Part shown: positions 38,460 to 52,125 of the stretch, one piece after another
Numbering within the stretch: the first letter of the stretch is position 1
Layout of the letters: each line of letters begins with the position of its first letter
Source of the DNA: Scyliorhinus canicula
Taxonomy: Eukaryota
NCBI RefSeq assembly: GCF_902713615.1
Contig: NC_052146.1
Coordinates: forward strand, 70,823,238-70,887,237
DNA: 64,000 bases
Direction of reading: 5' to 3'
Position numbers and translations under genes: made by a program
The notes under the pieces: generated by a model
The model's database searches: none
What the model was told of the DNA's origin: nothing
Seen by the model: the letters and a program-made list of their open reading frames with translations, nothing else

Positions 38460-41100
38460 AATTCTTTTCTTTAAAATACAATCAGATACAAACATTAAAT
38501 AACACCACAAAATAAACATCCCACACAGTTTGCCAATTTCCCCCCCCTTTCATCCCTAAACTCCTGCCAACCCCTCCTCCCAACATCTCCCTCCCTCCCA
38601 ACATGCCCTCATACACAGATAGAAACAGCCTCCACTGTGCGTAAAACCCCTCTTCTGACCCCCTAAGGGCAAACTCAATCTTTCCCAGCCTTAAAAACCC
38701 GTACAGATCCCCCAACCATGCCGAGTTCCCAGTGGTGCAGCCGATCTCCAACTCAGTAAAATCCGTCACCAGGCAATCGGAGAGGCTACATCAGCCCCCT
38801 TCCCGTCCAGCAGCCCCAGCAACTCCGACACCCCAACAATTGCCACCAAAAGGCACGGGGTCATCCTGACCCTACTATCCACAACAAAGCCTCGAACACC
38901 ACCTCCCACAAATCCTCCAGGCTTACCCCCCCCCCCCCCCCCCCCGCAAAACATATGACTGTGGTTCACCACCACCCCTTCTGCACCTCTCTCATACATC
39001 CTCCACTCCCGGGGAAAATTCACTCACCTGAGTCATGTCATATGGACCCTGAGTACCTCCTTGAACATTATAAGACTCATCCTTGGGCAAGAGGAGTTTG
39101 AGTTGACCCAATGTATTATTTGACTCCAGCTCAATCCCTAGTTCCTCCTCCTACTTCCGTTTAATCCCTTCCACTAACACCTCCTCCTTCCCCTCCCAAC
39201 CACCCACAGATATACCAGATCCTCCCTTCCTCTCACTCATCTGGAGCCAACATCTTTTCTAAAAACGAATACTACGGTAATTGAAGAAACGAGGGTAACT
39301 CCTCCCGTGCAAAGTCCCACACCTGCAAATATCTAGACTCACTCTCCCTCAGTAGCTCAAACTTCTCCTGCAATTCCTCCAGCTCGACAAACTTCCCCTC
39401 TACAAACAGGTCCCTTACCCTATCTATCTCTTCACCCTGCCAACTCCTATACATCACATCCATCCCTCCAGGTATAAGCCTATGGTTCCCACATATTCGG
39501 ACCAATAATGACATACTCCTAGTTTAAAGTGCCTCCTCAGCTGGTTCCAAATTTTGATCAATGACACCACAATGGGACTGTTAGTATACCTCCCCGGAGA
39601 AAACGGGAGCGGAGTCATCCCCCTGCAAGACGCCTCCTCTACCTTCACCCATTTTGATCCACCTCTCCCCACCATCATCTCACCTCGGCATTTGCTGGCC
39701 GAGATTGATGTGACAGGTTTGGGAGCGCCAGCCCCCTCCCCTCATCCGCCTCCCCCTCTGCAAAAAGGCCCTGTAATTCTCGGTGTCTTGCCTGCCCAAA
39801 CAAATTCAGAAATCAATTTATCCACCGTCTGGAAAAATGCCTTGGGAAGGAAAACTGGAAGAGATTGAAAGATAAATAAAAATCTTTTCAAGGTCTGTAC
39901 TCTCCCGGCAGCGATAGTGGCAGAGCATCCAACCTCTTAAAATCCCCTTTGACCCCCCCCCCCCCCCCCCTCTACCAGACCAGTCAGATTCCATTTATGC
40001 ATAGTTGCCAAGTCCCCAAATACTGAAGCCTTACTGTGGCCACCTTGAAAGGCAAGGCACCAAGATTGAAACTTCTCCCCTGTACATTCACCAGGAAAAC
40101 CTCGCTTTTTTCCACGTTCAATTTATACCCGGAAAATGCCCCAAATATTCGCAACAAGACCATAATTCTCCCCATACTCGCCAGTGGATTTGCCACATAC
40201 AGCAATAAATCATCGGTTTATATCCACACCCTATGTTCTCTACCCCCTCCTCACAATCCCCTCCCACACATTTGAAGCTTGGAGTGCGATCGGCAAAGGC
40301 TCAAAAGCCAACGTGAACAACAATCAAGACAATGGGCATCCATACCTTGCCCCCCTATGCAACCAAAATACCTCAAATTCATCACATTTGTCCTTGCACT
40401 CACCGTGGAGAATGCGTATAATAATCGTAACCATGCAACGAACGTTTGCCCAAACCCTATCCTCCTATAAATCTCTCACAAGTACCACTACTCAACCCAA
40501 TCAAAGGCCTTCTCCGCATCCATTGATACGATCACCTCTGGCACTCTACTCCATGACATCATAATGACATTCGGTAATCTCCTGATATTACTTGACAACT
40601 GCCGCCCCTTAACAAACCCCGTCTGATCCTCCGAGACCACATCTGGCAGATACCCCCTTAATCGCCTCACCAACAGCTTGGCCAAACTTTCACATCTGTA
40701 TTCAACAATAAGATGGGCCAGTAGGACCCACACTCAACAAAGAACAAAGAAAAGTACAGCACAGGAACAGGCCCTTTGGACCTCCAAGCCTGTGCCGACC
40801 ATGCTGCCCATCCAAACTATAATCTTCTACACGTCCGGGGTCCGTATCCCTCTATTCCCATCCTATTCATATATTTGTCAAGACGCCCTTAAACGTCACT
40901 ATCGTCCCTGCTTCCACCACCTCCTCCGGCAGCGAGTTCCAGGCACCCACTACCCTCTGTGTAAAAAGCTTGCCTCATACATCTCCTCTTAACCTTGCCC
41001 CTCGCATCGGATCGTTATCCTCCTTCGGGATCAAAGAGATAGAAATCGGTGCCAACATAGCTGGCAACTCCTCCCCTATTAACGATTCATTAAACATACT
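38460..41100 (-). mobile_element. Degenerate L1-clade ORF2 fragment with a CR1 3' piece at ~40737-41005
   Basis: DQTGFVKGRQLSSNIRR, SMDAEKAFD and FSGYKLNVEKSEV on minus, in shifting frames. Confidence 0.8.
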
Positions 41101-41603
41101 CAAAAATCAAGGTGCCAGGACAGCACGGTGGCACAGTGGTTACCACTGCTGCCTCATGGCACCGAGGACATGGATTCGATCCTGGCACTGAGTCACTCTC
41201 CGTATGGAGTTTTCACATTCTCCCCGTGACTTTGCCGAAAATAATTGAGTTACATTTCTGAAATACATTCCTCCTCTTCCATTCCCTTCTATGGGGTAAA
41301 AGATCATCTGTTGGCAGATAAATAAGCACACTCCTCCTCCTTCACCTGATGTTCATATTTTTAAAAAAATCATTGTTGGGATGTGGGTGTTGCTGGTCCA
41401 GAGTTTATTGCCCATCTCAGAACGTATTTAAGTGTCATTCACATTGCTGTAGATCTGGAGTCACGTGTAGGCCAGCCCAGGTAAGGATTACAGATTGCCT
41501 CTCCTATGGTATGTCAGTGAACCAGATGGGTTTTTACAACAATGGTTTCGTGGTTATAGTTAGCCATTTTAAAATTCCAAATCTGCGTCTCTAGATTATA
41601 TCA

Positions 41604-44600
41604 TGTGAGGGCCCCTTGAAGAAAACTGTTTATCAAATAGCTGCAATGGTGTCATTGTGTGGGTGGAGCTGAGCTGTGTTTCTGGCTTTTTACTTTCGGT
41701 TTGAGCTGGTAGCTGTTTTTTGGCTCTGAGTTTCAGTTTCATTTTCAGTTGTGGAGCTGCATTCAAACCAAGGATGTGTTCTCACTCTCTCTCTCTAAAG
41801 ACTCGCTCCAGATCACTTGATGATTTCAAAGTAATACCTGTTTCTGTAAGGAATGCAAACTGTCCTTGTTAAAAAGGGTTTTTGACTTATGGATGTTGTT
41901 AGGAAAGTTATTAAGTGTTACCTATAGAGTATTGTATCTGGGGATTATCAGTGTAAGCAGTTGATAAGATGTTTGCTGTGTGTTTATAAAATGTTATCTG
42001 GATTCATAAACATTGCTTCTGTTTAAACATACTTTAGATCTTCATTGCATCACACCTGTAAAGTGGGCCTTGTGGTCCCCATAACCAAAATCTATTAAAA
42101 GTTATGGGTCAGGTGAACTCCATGATATACTTTGGTGTTCTCTAAACCCTGACCCATAATATGTTGGGGGCTTGTGGGATAAAAGTCTATCTCTCAAGAT
42201 TAGGTTGGCTTAGTGACCCTAAAGACAGTGAGAAGTGAGCATATTTGTGTTTGCTTTTCAGGTGTGGTATTCCAGTTTAAGTAGGGAGTGTGTTGTGGAC
42301 AATGGCTCTTTCAGAGGCTTGGAGGTTTTGGGGGGGTGGAGAAGGTCACACGTGCAGTACCTTATGGACAGAGACTAAAAAAAGGCTTTTAGGTTTGGCA
42401 AAACATTACCGTTAATGCTACCTGACATCATACGAAAAAAAGAGATACATACGGCGGTACCTGAGCATTTAAAATTGCCGGAGGTACAGTCTGAGTCATT
42501 AGAAATGGCAAAATTTCAGTTACAGATTAAACAACTTGAACATGAAAAAGAAATAAAGCAGCTTGAATACGAAATGAGGTAAAGAGAAAGAATAGCCTCA
42601 GCTGAACAAGAGTGAGAAAGAGATAGCGAGGAAAAAGAAAAAAAGAGAGAGAGATAGAGGGAAAAGAGAGAAAGGAAAGGGAAAAAGACAGAGAGGAAAG
42701 GGAAAAAGGAGAGAGGAGAAGGAAATAGAGAGAGAGGAAAGGGAAAAAGAGAGAGAGTTTGAACTTCAGAAAATGGCATGAAACATGACATCCAGTTAAA
42801 ATTGGCAGAGGTAAAGGGAAACGTAAATTTGAGGATAGTGATGAGGATAAAGAGAAAGGGCATCATAATCGAAGGCTTGGTGGGGATTTATTTAAATATG
42901 TCTAAGCATTGCCAAGGTTTGGTGAGAAGGAGATAGAAGCCTTTTTCATTTCATTTGAGAAAGTAGCTAAACAAATGAAATAGCCACAGGCCATGTGTGT
43001 ATTACTGATTCAAACAAAGCTGGTAGGTGGGGCTAGTGAAGTGATTGCATCACTATCAGACGAGGCATCTGGAATGTATGAGGAGGTGAAAAATTCCATC
43101 TTAGGTGCATATGAACTAGTGCCTGAAGCCTACAGACAAAGGTTTAGAAATTTAAGGAAAGAACCTGGTCAAACATATATGGAGTTTGAAAGGATCAAAC
43201 AGAGTAATTTTGAGAGGTGGTAATATGTGGAATTCAGGGTGAGAAGAGTAGTGTTCCATTATATAAGATAAAGTTGGAAAGTCCAGTGAAGAGTGGTAAA
43301 GTGGTATTAGGAGTAATAGAGAAATTAACTTGCCCAGGAACACAGTTTATCTTGGGTAATGATATAGTTGGATCGCAGGTGGGAGTGATGCCTACTGTGG
43401 TTGATAAGCCAGTGGAAAATCAGACACCTGAAGTATTGAAGGACGAATATCCTGGGAATTTTCTGGATTATGTAGTAACTGTCTTGTTATACTCTTGACG
43501 TAGCATAAGCTGTTTCCTTGATGTTCACTCTGACGAAGGAAGGTTCAGACGTGGAGATAACTTCAACACATTTATTAAACTATTTACAATTCTCCTACTC
43601 GGATTCGTCTCTACTGTTAATCCTTCTATAGCTACTCAGAATGCCGAACCAGTCTGCTACAATCCACGTGGTGGGTGTGATGTTGAATCAACCCTGTGTC
43701 TGTACTCACTGAGTGTCTCCACTGGAAAGAGGAAGATTATGTGTGCTGTGTCCTTTATATATGAGTTGGTGTAATGCCTTCCTGTGGTGGTGTCACCTCT
43801 GTGTGTATCGTGAATGCCCATTGGTCGTGTCCTATCTTACTGACCTATTGGTTGAGTATTTGTGTGTCATGTCTCTGGTGCTCCCTCTAGTGTCTAGCTA
43901 GTCTACGTGTACTTACATTAACCCCTTGTGTATCTACAGTGATGCATATCACCACAGTAACAAGGTTGCTAAGTCACAGGTTAAGACAAGAGGAGAAATC
44001 AAAGAGTGAAGATAAAGTTGAAGTTCATTTATCAGAAATGATTTTTGATCAGATGGTTGGAAAAAAACAAGAACAGGTGGAGGATGAGACGGATATTTTT
44101 AGTTCAGGAAAATTGGCGGAGTTACAACAGAAAGATAAAGAAATAAAATGGATGTATCAGAAAGCATACGCAAAAGAGGAATATGAGTGTGTTCCAGAAT
44201 GTTATTTCTGTAAAAATTATGTCTTGATGAGAAAATGGAGACCTTTACATACGTAGGCAGATGAAAAGTGGGCAGAAGTTCATCAAGTGATATTGCCATT
44301 AGCATATAGAAAGGAGGTGTTGTGAGTAGCACATGAGGTACCAGTGGGAGGTCATTTGGGAATATGGAAAACTCAAGCTAAAATACAAAAACATTTTTAT
44401 TGGCCTGGACTACATAAAGATGTAGTTACATTTTGTTGACCATGTCATATATGTCAAGTGATAGGGAAACCTTGGGCAATGATAAAACCAGCACCCTTAA
44501 TACCCATTCCAGCATTTGAGGAACCTTTTACAAGGGTCTTAATTGATTGCCTAGGATCGCTTCCTGAAATGAAAGGTGGTAATCAATACCTTTTGACTAT

Positions 44601-45121
44601 AATGGATGTGTCTACTAGGTTTCCAGAGGTCATTCCAGTACACAATATTACAACTAGAAAGATTGTGGAAGGGTTACTTAAATACTTTAGTAGATATGGA
44701 CTACCCCCAAAATACAATTGGATCAAGGTTCAGATTTTACCTCAAGGTTATTCAAAGAAGTTATGGATAGCTTAGTAATCAAACAATTTAAATCAACTGC
44801 ATACCATCCAGAATCACAGGGAGCGTTAGAAAGCCGGCATCAGACATTAAAGACAATGTTGAGGGCTTATTATCCAGAGGATTGGTATAAAGGAATTCCA
44901 TTTGTACTATTTGCAATTAGGGATGCACCTAGAGTAAACCAAATTCAGTCCTTTTGAACTAATTTTTGGTCATGAGGTAAGAGGACCACTTAAATTGATT
45001 AAGGAAAAATTGGTGAGTGAGAAATCAGAACTTACATAATTGGATTACGTGTCAAATTTTAGGGAATGATTAAATAGAGCAGGTGAATTGGCTGGACAAC
45101 ATTTAAAAATTGCACAAAAAG
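41604..45121 (+). mobile_element. Degenerate Gypsy (Gmr1-like) LTR retroelement: 5' LTR, PBS, gag, integrase
   Basis: TGTGAG start; LTR ends at about 42160. TGGGGGCTTGTGGGAT at 42165-42180 resembles the tRNA-Pro PBS TGGGGGCTCGTCCGGGAT. Gag motif ILGAYELVPEAYRQRFR. Integrase motifs HLGIWKT..FYWPG..CHICQ, FTRVLIDC and YHPESQGALE. Confidence 0.85.
43480..43956 (-). mobile_element. Solo LTR inserted into the Gypsy pol
   Basis: TGT...ACA ends with a perfect GTAAC duplication at 43475-43479 and 43957-43961. TATA-like and AATAAA motifs lie on minus. Confidence 0.85.
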
Positions 45122-45198
45122 TCCTGTTGGACTTTAACCAGGTGTTGTAAGACTTCTTACTGTGCTCACCCCAGTCCAACACCGGCATCTCCACATCA
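45122..45198 (-). mobile_element. Fragment of the same Penelope-like terminal repeat as 24655-24735
   Basis: Near-identical reverse complement. Confidence 0.75.
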
Positions 45199-45743
45199 TT
45201 TTAAGTATGTGCGACAACGTGCGTTGATAGAACAACAGCGGTGAAACCTTGGAGAAACCTTGCGCTGTTTCCCTCTGCCATCCACCCATCTTCTGCCCAT
45301 ATTGGAGGGGGAGAGTGGCAGAATCGCGCGGGATTTCTGTCACAATCTCTGCTCAGGAACCTATTATATACCACCTACATATTTTCAATAAATATATTCA
45401 TTTGAAACTTTTTTCTAGAAAATTATATTGCATCGAACTAAATGTGATTTTTAGAGTCATAAGCAGTTGTAAGAATTTAGTGCTAAAATATTCACAGGTG
45501 CTGGATTCAGCAAGATGTCCACTTTTTAGTTAAAACAACAACTGATGCATTGACCACGGTACTGATGAAATGTGACTTTATTCAACAATATTTAAAATCG
45601 ATTATACCGAATCCGTTTCTGATGCATTCAAGGAATCAGGTATAAGGTGACATTGAAAAATATTTTAGAATCCTATTCGTTGCCAGTTTGTACAGATTCC
45701 CGGAGTTTGCACCAATCTGGCAAGTTTTCCCTTTCACTCGCAG

Positions 45744-45816
45744 CTGGATCTCTTGATGCTTTATTGAAGTTGAGACCCCAGAGACTCATGTGTGACCCCG
45801 CAGCTGTACACTTGGT
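45744..45816 (+). other. Candidate exon A of an unidentified (pseudo)gene
   Basis: tttccctttcactcgcag| acceptor and GT|gtgagt donor. Open reading GSLDALLKLRPQRLMCDPAAVHLV. Confidence 0.35.
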
Positions 45817-46031
45817 GTGAGTTCCACCGGGCGCCGCTCAGGGTCAGGTAACTGCTCACACTGTACGTCTGATCAGTGTCCCGCAAGGTCAGGGCGTCTG
45901 AACGCCAGTTTCTGTGGTCTTGCCGCCTACGCTGCACAAAACTTGCACCATCTTTGCTGCGGAAATCTGATCGTGCGCCAGCGGGAGAAGGGACACCGAA
46001 CGTCTCCCGAGCTATAAAGGGGGATAGTTTG

Positions 46032-47345
46032 TGTGGTGAATGTATAAATACTATTAATTCACCAGTATAATGTGTTGATTATACCATGCTATTAACCCTG
46101 TGGGCTCCATCTATGGGCCACTGTGTGGCTTCACCCGCAGGGGGAGATGTGGAGCAGGTATGGGCTCTGCCCATGGCTCCGCCCCTTATAGGAAGTATAA
46201 GAGCAGCAGACCTGCGGGACCGCCTTCAGTATTGTACCGGTCGCAGGCAGGCAAAGTTGTAAGCTGATTAAAACCACTGTTTACTTCAACTCGAGTCTCT
46301 GAGTGAATTGATGGTCACATCAATTTAATCAGCTCAGAGAACTACTATGGATTCAGCCCTCAAACCTGACAGACTGGAACTCGATCCACAGGCCGCGGAG
46401 GCGATAGAAATGTTTTCACATTTGCTTCGGTGTTTCAAGGCCTATCTGGCCTCGTCGTCGACATCATCACAGACAAACAGAAATTGAGTCTTCTCCACGC
46501 ACGGGTGAGCCATCGCATTTCTGCCCAACTCGACGAAGCCACCTCCTATACTGAGGGCCTCGCGATACTCAAACGCAGCTATGAGCGGCCTGTGAATGAA
46601 GTCTACGCGCAACATATCTTCACTACTCGCAGCCAGCACCCCGGGGAGTCACTAGATGACTATCTGCGCGACCTCAAAACCCTCGCGTGCGACTGTAACT
46701 ATCAGGCCGTTACAGCCACTTAGCACATGGAACTCACCGTCCAAGACGTTTACATTGCGGCGGTCCGATCGAACTATGTGAGGCAGTGCCTGCTCGAAAA
46801 AGGGGCCCAGGACCTGGAGGACACGGTAAAACTGGCTTTTCAGAGTCTCACTGCGTTCCCAGCCGATCACGTGACTCCCTCGTGGGCCCCCGACCAGAGA
46901 CTACCCCAGGCCTGCGCCGCGCGGCCGCCCGCCCACCACGGGGGAATACTTTGCCATTTTTGCGGCCAGCCTCAACACCCCCGACAACAATGCCCGGCAC
47001 GCAATGCGAACTGCAGCAGCTGCTGGTGAAAAGGAAACTTCACAAAGGTCTGCCTGGCCAAGCCTAAACACTTGAACTCAAACGCACAAACACGATCCAC
47101 CGAATCTCAGGCCCACAGACCCCATAATGTGGCAGCGTGTCTGCGACCCCGATTCCACACAACACGTGCGACTCACGGGGGCCGCCATCTTGGCCATCCT
47201 CCCCCATGCGGTCAGCCACGTGTGATCCATGGGGGCCACCATCTTGGGCGCCTTCTTCCTCGCCGCCCGCCATGTGCGATCCATGGGGGCCGCCACCTTG
47301 GGCACCATCTCTCTCGCCAACTGCCACGTGCGATCAACGGGGGCC
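46032..47345 (+). mobile_element. Second Gypsy remnant: LTR (~46032-46322) and degenerate gag from ATG 46347
   Basis: TG...CA LTR; MDSALKPDRLELDPQ; zinc knuckles CHFCGQPQHPRQQC and NCSSC; 54-bp tandem repeat at its end. Confidence 0.75.
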
Positions 47346-47349
47346 TTAA

Positions 47350-50238
47350 TAATCCCTTAATAATTACCATGTCTTCCTGTTTGACATTCCTGTGCTAACT
47401 TAACGTTTCATGTTTGAGGAACCACTTTGGCAAATCTGACCAGAAGGCTATGCTCCTGCTCCCGGCTTATAAGCAAAAACTGAAGCAGGAGAATTTGTCA
47501 AAGAAAGTCATGCATTGGTGGTCTGAGGAATCGGATGATCTCCTACGGGACTGCTTAGAGTCAGTGGACTGGTCAGTATTTAAAAACTCTGTGACCAGCC
47601 TGAACGAGTACGCCACTACAGTAACTGACTTCATTTGTAAGTGTGTAGAAGACTGTGTGCCAAAGAAGGAAATCCGCGGTTTCCCAACCTGAAACCCTGG
47701 ATGAACAGGGATATCCACTGCTTGCTGAAGTCTAGGTCTGAGGTTTCAAGTCAGGCGACCCTGACCGATACAAGAAAGCCAGATATGATCTAAAGAAATC
47801 CATTAAAGATGCCAAAAGACAGTACCGGACCAAGCTCGAGTCTCATGCTAGCCACACGGATTCCTGCCATCTATGGCAAGGTCTGCAAGACATAACGGGC
47901 TACAAGATGAAGGCATGTATAATTGCCGGCTCCACTGCATCCCTCCGTTGAATGCTCAACGCATTCTATGCACGCTTTGAGCAAGAGGTGAGTGAGAGCG
48001 AGCCCTCCACCCAGAATATAATATAAGTTATATAAGAACTAGGAGCAGGAGTAGGCCATCTGACCCCTCGAGCCTGCTCCGCCATTCAATGAGATCATGG
48101 CTGATCTTTTGTGGACTCAGCTCCACTTTCCGGCCCGAACACCATAACCCTTAATCCTTTTATTCTTCAAAAAACTATCTATCTTTACCTTAAAAACATT
48201 TAATGACGGAGCCTCAACTGCTTCACTGGGCAAGGAATTCCATAGATTCACTCTTTGGGTGAAGAAGTTCCTCCTAAACTCAGTCCTAAATCTACTTCCC
48301 CTTATTTTGAGGCTATGTCCCCTAGTTCTGCTTTCACCCGCCAGTGGATCAACCTGCCCGCATCTATCCTATCTATTCCCGTCATAATTTGAAATGTTTC
48401 TATAAGATCCCCCCTCATCCTTCTAAATTCCAATGAGTACAGTCCCAGTCTACTCAACCTCTCCTCATAATCCACGGATGAACTTGTATCTGAGATCACC
48501 ATTGCAGACGTCAGAGCAGCCTTCTCGAAGGTCAACCCTTGGCAAGCCACTGGCCTGGATGGGGTACCCAGAAGAGCACTCAGGTCTTGCGCTGATCAGC
48601 TGGTGGGGGTATTTGCAGACATCTTCAACCTCTCTTTACGACAATCTGAGGTTCCTATCTGCTTCAAGAAGACAACCATCATCCCTGTACCAAAACAAAG
48701 CCAAGCAGCGTGCCTTAATGACTATCGTCAAGTGGCTCTGACATCCATCATCATGAAGTGCTTCGAAAGGTTAGTCATGGCACGAATCAACTCCAGCCTC
48801 CCGGATTACCTTGATCCACTGCAGTTCGCCTACCGCTGCAATAGGTCCATAGCAGACGCCATTTCCATGGCTCTGCACTGTACCCTAGGGCAGCACAGTA
48901 GAATAGTGGTTACCAAAGTTGCTTCACAGCTCCAGGGTCCCAGGTTCGATTCCCGGCTTGGGTCTGCACATTCTCCACGTTCTCCCCGTGTGTGCGTGGG
49001 TTTCTTCTGGGTGCTCCGGTTTCGTCCCACAGTCCAAAGATGTGTAGGTTAGATGGATTGGCCATGCTAAATTCCTCTTTGTGTTGGGTGGGATTATTGG
49101 GTTATGGGGATAGGGTGTAGGTGTGGGCTTGGGTAGAGTGCTCTTTCCAAGAGCCGGTGCAGACTTGATGAGCCGAATGACCTCCTTCTGCACTGTAAAT
49201 TCTGTGATCTATGAATATCTAGATAACAAAGGCACCTATGTCAGACTCCTATTTAGCAACTACAATTCAGCCTTCAACATCATCATTCCCACAAAACTCA
49301 TCTCCAAACTTCTTGGCCTTGGCCTCGGCTCCTCCCTCTGTGACTGGATCCTGAACTTTCTAACTCACAGGCCACAATCAGTAAAGATGGGCAACAACAT
49401 CTCCTCCACGATCATCCTCAACATTGGTGCCCCACAAGGCTGTCCTCAGCCCCCTGCTATACTCCTTATACACCTATCACTGTGTGGCCAAATTCCCCTT
49501 CAACTCGATTTTCAAATTTGCTGATGAAACCATATTAGTGGGTCGGATTTCAAATAATGATGAGACAGAATAAAGGAATGAGATAGAGAATCTGGTGAAC
49601 TGGTGCGACGACAATAACAACCTGTCCTGGTCCCCCCCATGCCAACACTATAGTTAAGAAAGCCCACCAACGACTACTTTCTGAGAAGGTTAAGGAAATT
49701 TGGCACGTCAGCTACGACCCTCACCAACTTCCGACCCTCACCAACTTCTACAGATACACATTGAAAGCATTCTTTCTGGTTGTATCACAGCTTGGTATGG
49801 ATCCTCCTCTGCCAAAGACCGCAGGAAACTACAAAAGGTCGTGAATGTAGCCCAGTCCATCACGCAAATCAGCCTCCTATCCATTGACTCTATCTATAAT
49901 TCCTGCTGCCTCAGAAAGGCAGCCAGCATAATTAAGGACCCCATGCACTCCGGACATACTCTCTTCCACCTTCCTTCGTCAGGTAAAAGATACCAAAGTT
50001 TGAAGTCACATACCAACCGACTCAAGAACAGTTTTTTCCCTGCTGCCATCAGACTTTTGAGTGGACCTACCTCGTATTAAGTTGATCTTTTCTCTACACC
50101 TTGCTATAACTGTAACATTATATTCTGCAGTCTCTCCTTCCTTCCCTATGTACGGTATGCATTGTTTGTACAGCATGCAAGAAACAATACTTTTCGTTTT
50201 ATCCTAATTCATGTGACAATAATAAATCAAATCAAATA
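47350..50238 (+). mobile_element. Degenerate Rex1/Babar LINE interrupted by a reverse CR1 3' piece (~48020-48470) and an HE1-like SINE (~48888-49210)
   Basis: HFGKSD, FADIFNLSL, CLNDYRQVALT, FAYR and YNSAFNII. Tail gtgacaataataaatcaaatcaaat. Confidence 0.85.
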
Positions 50239-50539
50239 ATTATAAATGTGAGCTCAAAAAACACATGGTAGATTTTGACTATGAGTTATGCACCTAACAA
50301 TTTACTTCAAGGAACAGAAAATGAATAAGGAATGCAAACCGGGCTGTTAGTTCACTCTTGTTTGTTGTACACTATAACAGAGATTAGATAGACTGGGGTT
50401 GTTTTCATTGGAGCAGAGGAGACTCAGTGGGAGAGGGTGGGGGAAGGGGGGGGACACACATCATTTAGATGCATAAATATGAGGGGTATAAACAGAGCAG
50501 ACAGGTAGAAGCACCCATCCTAGGCCCTCCACCAGTCCC

Positions 50540-51028
50540 AATCCCTCGTACCCCATTTCACCCAGCCCCAGCCGCGTGTTCACCATACCATCCGACCTGC
50601 CCCTCTCTGAGGATGAGAGTACTGTTCTCAGCAAAGGACCCTTGCGTCCCCACCTCAATGAATTCTGGGCTCGACATGATGTTGAATTCTTCTTTAGTCA
50701 CCTTCGTCTCCGTGCCCACTCCTTTGGGCAAGAGTCCTCTCCCCATTCCACCGATCCTTTCACGTGCCTCCAACATTCTGCCTCCAAGTGGATACCACTG
50801 CTGGACAATTACTTGCCGTTCATTGAGAACGGGACATTGGCCGTCTTAATTTTTCTGCCACCCTCACCCATTCCAACCTCTCTCCTTCCAAACTTTCTGC
50901 TCTTTACTCCATCAGGTCTAACCCCGACTTTGTCATCAAACCTGCCAACAAAGGGGTTGCTGTTGTCATCTGGCGTACTGACCTCTACCTCACAGAGGCT
51001 GAGTGCCAACTCTCAGATACATCCTCCT
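50540..51028 (+). mobile_element. Penelope-like RT N-terminal fragment
   Basis: LPLSEDESTVLSKG, RHDVEFFF..LRLRA, and in the adjacent frame FVIKPANKGVAVVIW (PLE IKPADKG motif). Confidence 0.75.
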
Positions 51029-51827
51029 AGGAACTCACTGCCTGAAAGGGTGGTGGAGGCAGAGACTCTCCTAACATTCAAGAAGTATTTAGGTGTGCAC
51101 TTGCGATGCCAAGGCACACAAGAATATGGGCCAAGTGCTATGAAATGGGATTAGAATAGTTAGGTGGTTGTTTTTGACCAGCACAGATGTCATTGACTGA
51201 AGGACCTTTTCTGTGCTGTAGACCTCTCTGACTATGACTCTATAACTCTGACTCTATGAATATGACTCTCTGACAAAGGCTCGATTGACTGCAAAATGTC
51301 AGCCTTGGTTCAATGGCAGCGGTCTCATGTTAGAGCTGCCCCACTTTCACACGTGTCAATTAAACCCTGTGCAGTAATGAGTCTGTCAGTGTGCAGTCCT
51401 TTGGATGGGGTTAAATGTCATGCCCCCAAATGGGCCAAAAAACGATGATTTGCCCAGCCATCACATTGCGGCTGGCTGGTCTTTGCTCTGCTCGAATTAT
51501 GGCAGTGACTACACCTTACGGTGACTACACCTGCACGGTGGCACAATGTTTAGCACTGCTAAGTAAAATGCATTAGAGTTGCCACTTTTGTTGCGGAAAG
51601 GATTTAATCCACACTTACAGTGCAGCTGTGGGTTATACCCTCCAGTTAAAAGTCAAATGACAATTTACACTGATACTTGTGCCCAAACAACTGATTCAAA
51701 TTAGAAAATTATTTGCGTTTGCACTTGAAATTACATGGTTCTTTAAGGAATGTATATGAATTGACTGTACTTGGTATAACTGCCAGTCGGCTATCATGCC
51801 AGTTGTTTTGTTGATGATCTTGTCCAG

Positions 51828-51923
51828 GGTGTGGACTAAAAACTCCACAAGGCTTCTTTGATAAAGTGTACATGGGGCCCGATCTACTGGAATGGAATTT
51901 GCACGAGGCACTGAGAATTGTAG
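51828..51923 (+). other. Candidate exon C of an unidentified (pseudo)gene
   Basis: ttgtccag| acceptor and AG|gcaagt GC-type donor. 96 bp, phase 1-1, with only one open frame: CGLKTPQGFFDKVYMGPDLLEWNLHEALRIV. Confidence 0.4.
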
Positions 51924-52125
51924 GCAAGTCTTTTTAGTCATGTGTGTATACAAGAAATCAATAGGTTACTCCCGCATTCAAGTGCTGTAAAGAGTGAAGC
52001 AAGCAGCACATGAGGTCGATAGAAATACAATTCAGGTGAAATTTAAAATGGGTTGTCCCTTCGCTCGAATATTACCACAAAGCCAAAATTGCCTCCTATT
52101 AACCTACATGTGTTTTGATTGCTAC

